Translations under genes and position numbers: made by a program | Source: a virus | IMG/VR virus record: IMGVR_UViG_3300045988_092366 | DNA length: 64,000 nucleotides | Reading direction: 5' to 3' (one strand) | The notes under the pieces: generated by a model | Seen by the model: the letters and a program-made list of their open reading frames with translations, nothing else | The model's database searches: none | Told to the model about the DNA's origin: nothing | Shown: piece after piece, positions 63,759 to 64,000 of the stretch | How positions within the stretch are numbered: position 1 is the stretch's first letter | Layout: every line of letters begins with the position of its first letter

Positions 63759-64000
63759 ACTGGTGTTGCCGATGCTTGCTTCTTTTCATGTTCTGAATAT
63801 TATTCAGATGAAGGTAAATGGGAGCGTTTATATAATCGAGTACCTACTTTATATATTTCGGTAGAATTAGACATTGAAGAGCTTACAACTATGGCGCTGG
63901 CTTTTATTGGTAATATTCCAGAAGACCATATCGTTGAAATGGATTTACTTACTTTTGACGAGGAAGAGAGATTAAAGAAAGCAGTACAGATTCTAGAAGA
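63759..64000 (+). CDS. DnaB-like helicase continuation (partial, runs off the right edge), in frame with no start codon
   Basis: KSRTGVADACFFSCSEYYSDEGKWERLYNRVPTLYISVELDIEELTTMALAFIGNIPEDHIVEM is comparable to DnaB KTAFALNIAENAA...LIFSLEMPSEQIMMRSLASLSRV. Confidence 0.5.

Overview
This window appears to be a slice of a large AT-rich (~33% GC) virulent dsDNA phage genome. Ribosome-binding sites are Firmicute-style AAGGAG. The left edge sits inside the terminase large-subunit gene (minus strand). From 10-45 kb runs a minus-strand block of ~70 mostly small genes, driven by more than 20 near-identical sigma70-type promoters that share a conserved purine-rich leader. That block also carries an intein-containing RuvB-like ATPase, PhoH, dCMP deaminase, a SPOUT and an RlmN-like RNA methyltransferase, two P-loop kinases, a calcineurin-like phosphoesterase, a ligase-like nucleotidyltransferase, PD-(D/E)XK homing-endonuclease-like genes, and a tRNA / structured-RNA cluster (26.3-26.9 kb and 29.7-33.2 kb). 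A plus-strand block from 45.8 kb to the right edge uses TTGACA-17-TATAAT promoters and encodes an Rnl2-like RNA ligase, a Ro60/TROVE-vWA protein, a Pol-beta-type nucleotidyltransferase, a T4-like split topoisomerase II, a DNA ligase, a ThyX-like protein, an SSB, a RecA-like ATPase and a DnaB-like helicase. The helicase reading frame is interrupted in its P-loop by about 220 bp of ORF-less, hairpin-rich sequence. GC-rich (~50%) islands at 4.0-9.7 kb and 60.4-61.2 kb have their own promoter and leader architecture and GC-hairpin terminators. The most unusual signal is a family of at least six small two-stem RNA elements with compensatory base changes, one carrying a tRNA T-arm mimic, in a genome that also encodes Ro60. 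These are candidate Y-RNA-like molecules. All calls come from reading the sequence by eye; no searches were run.
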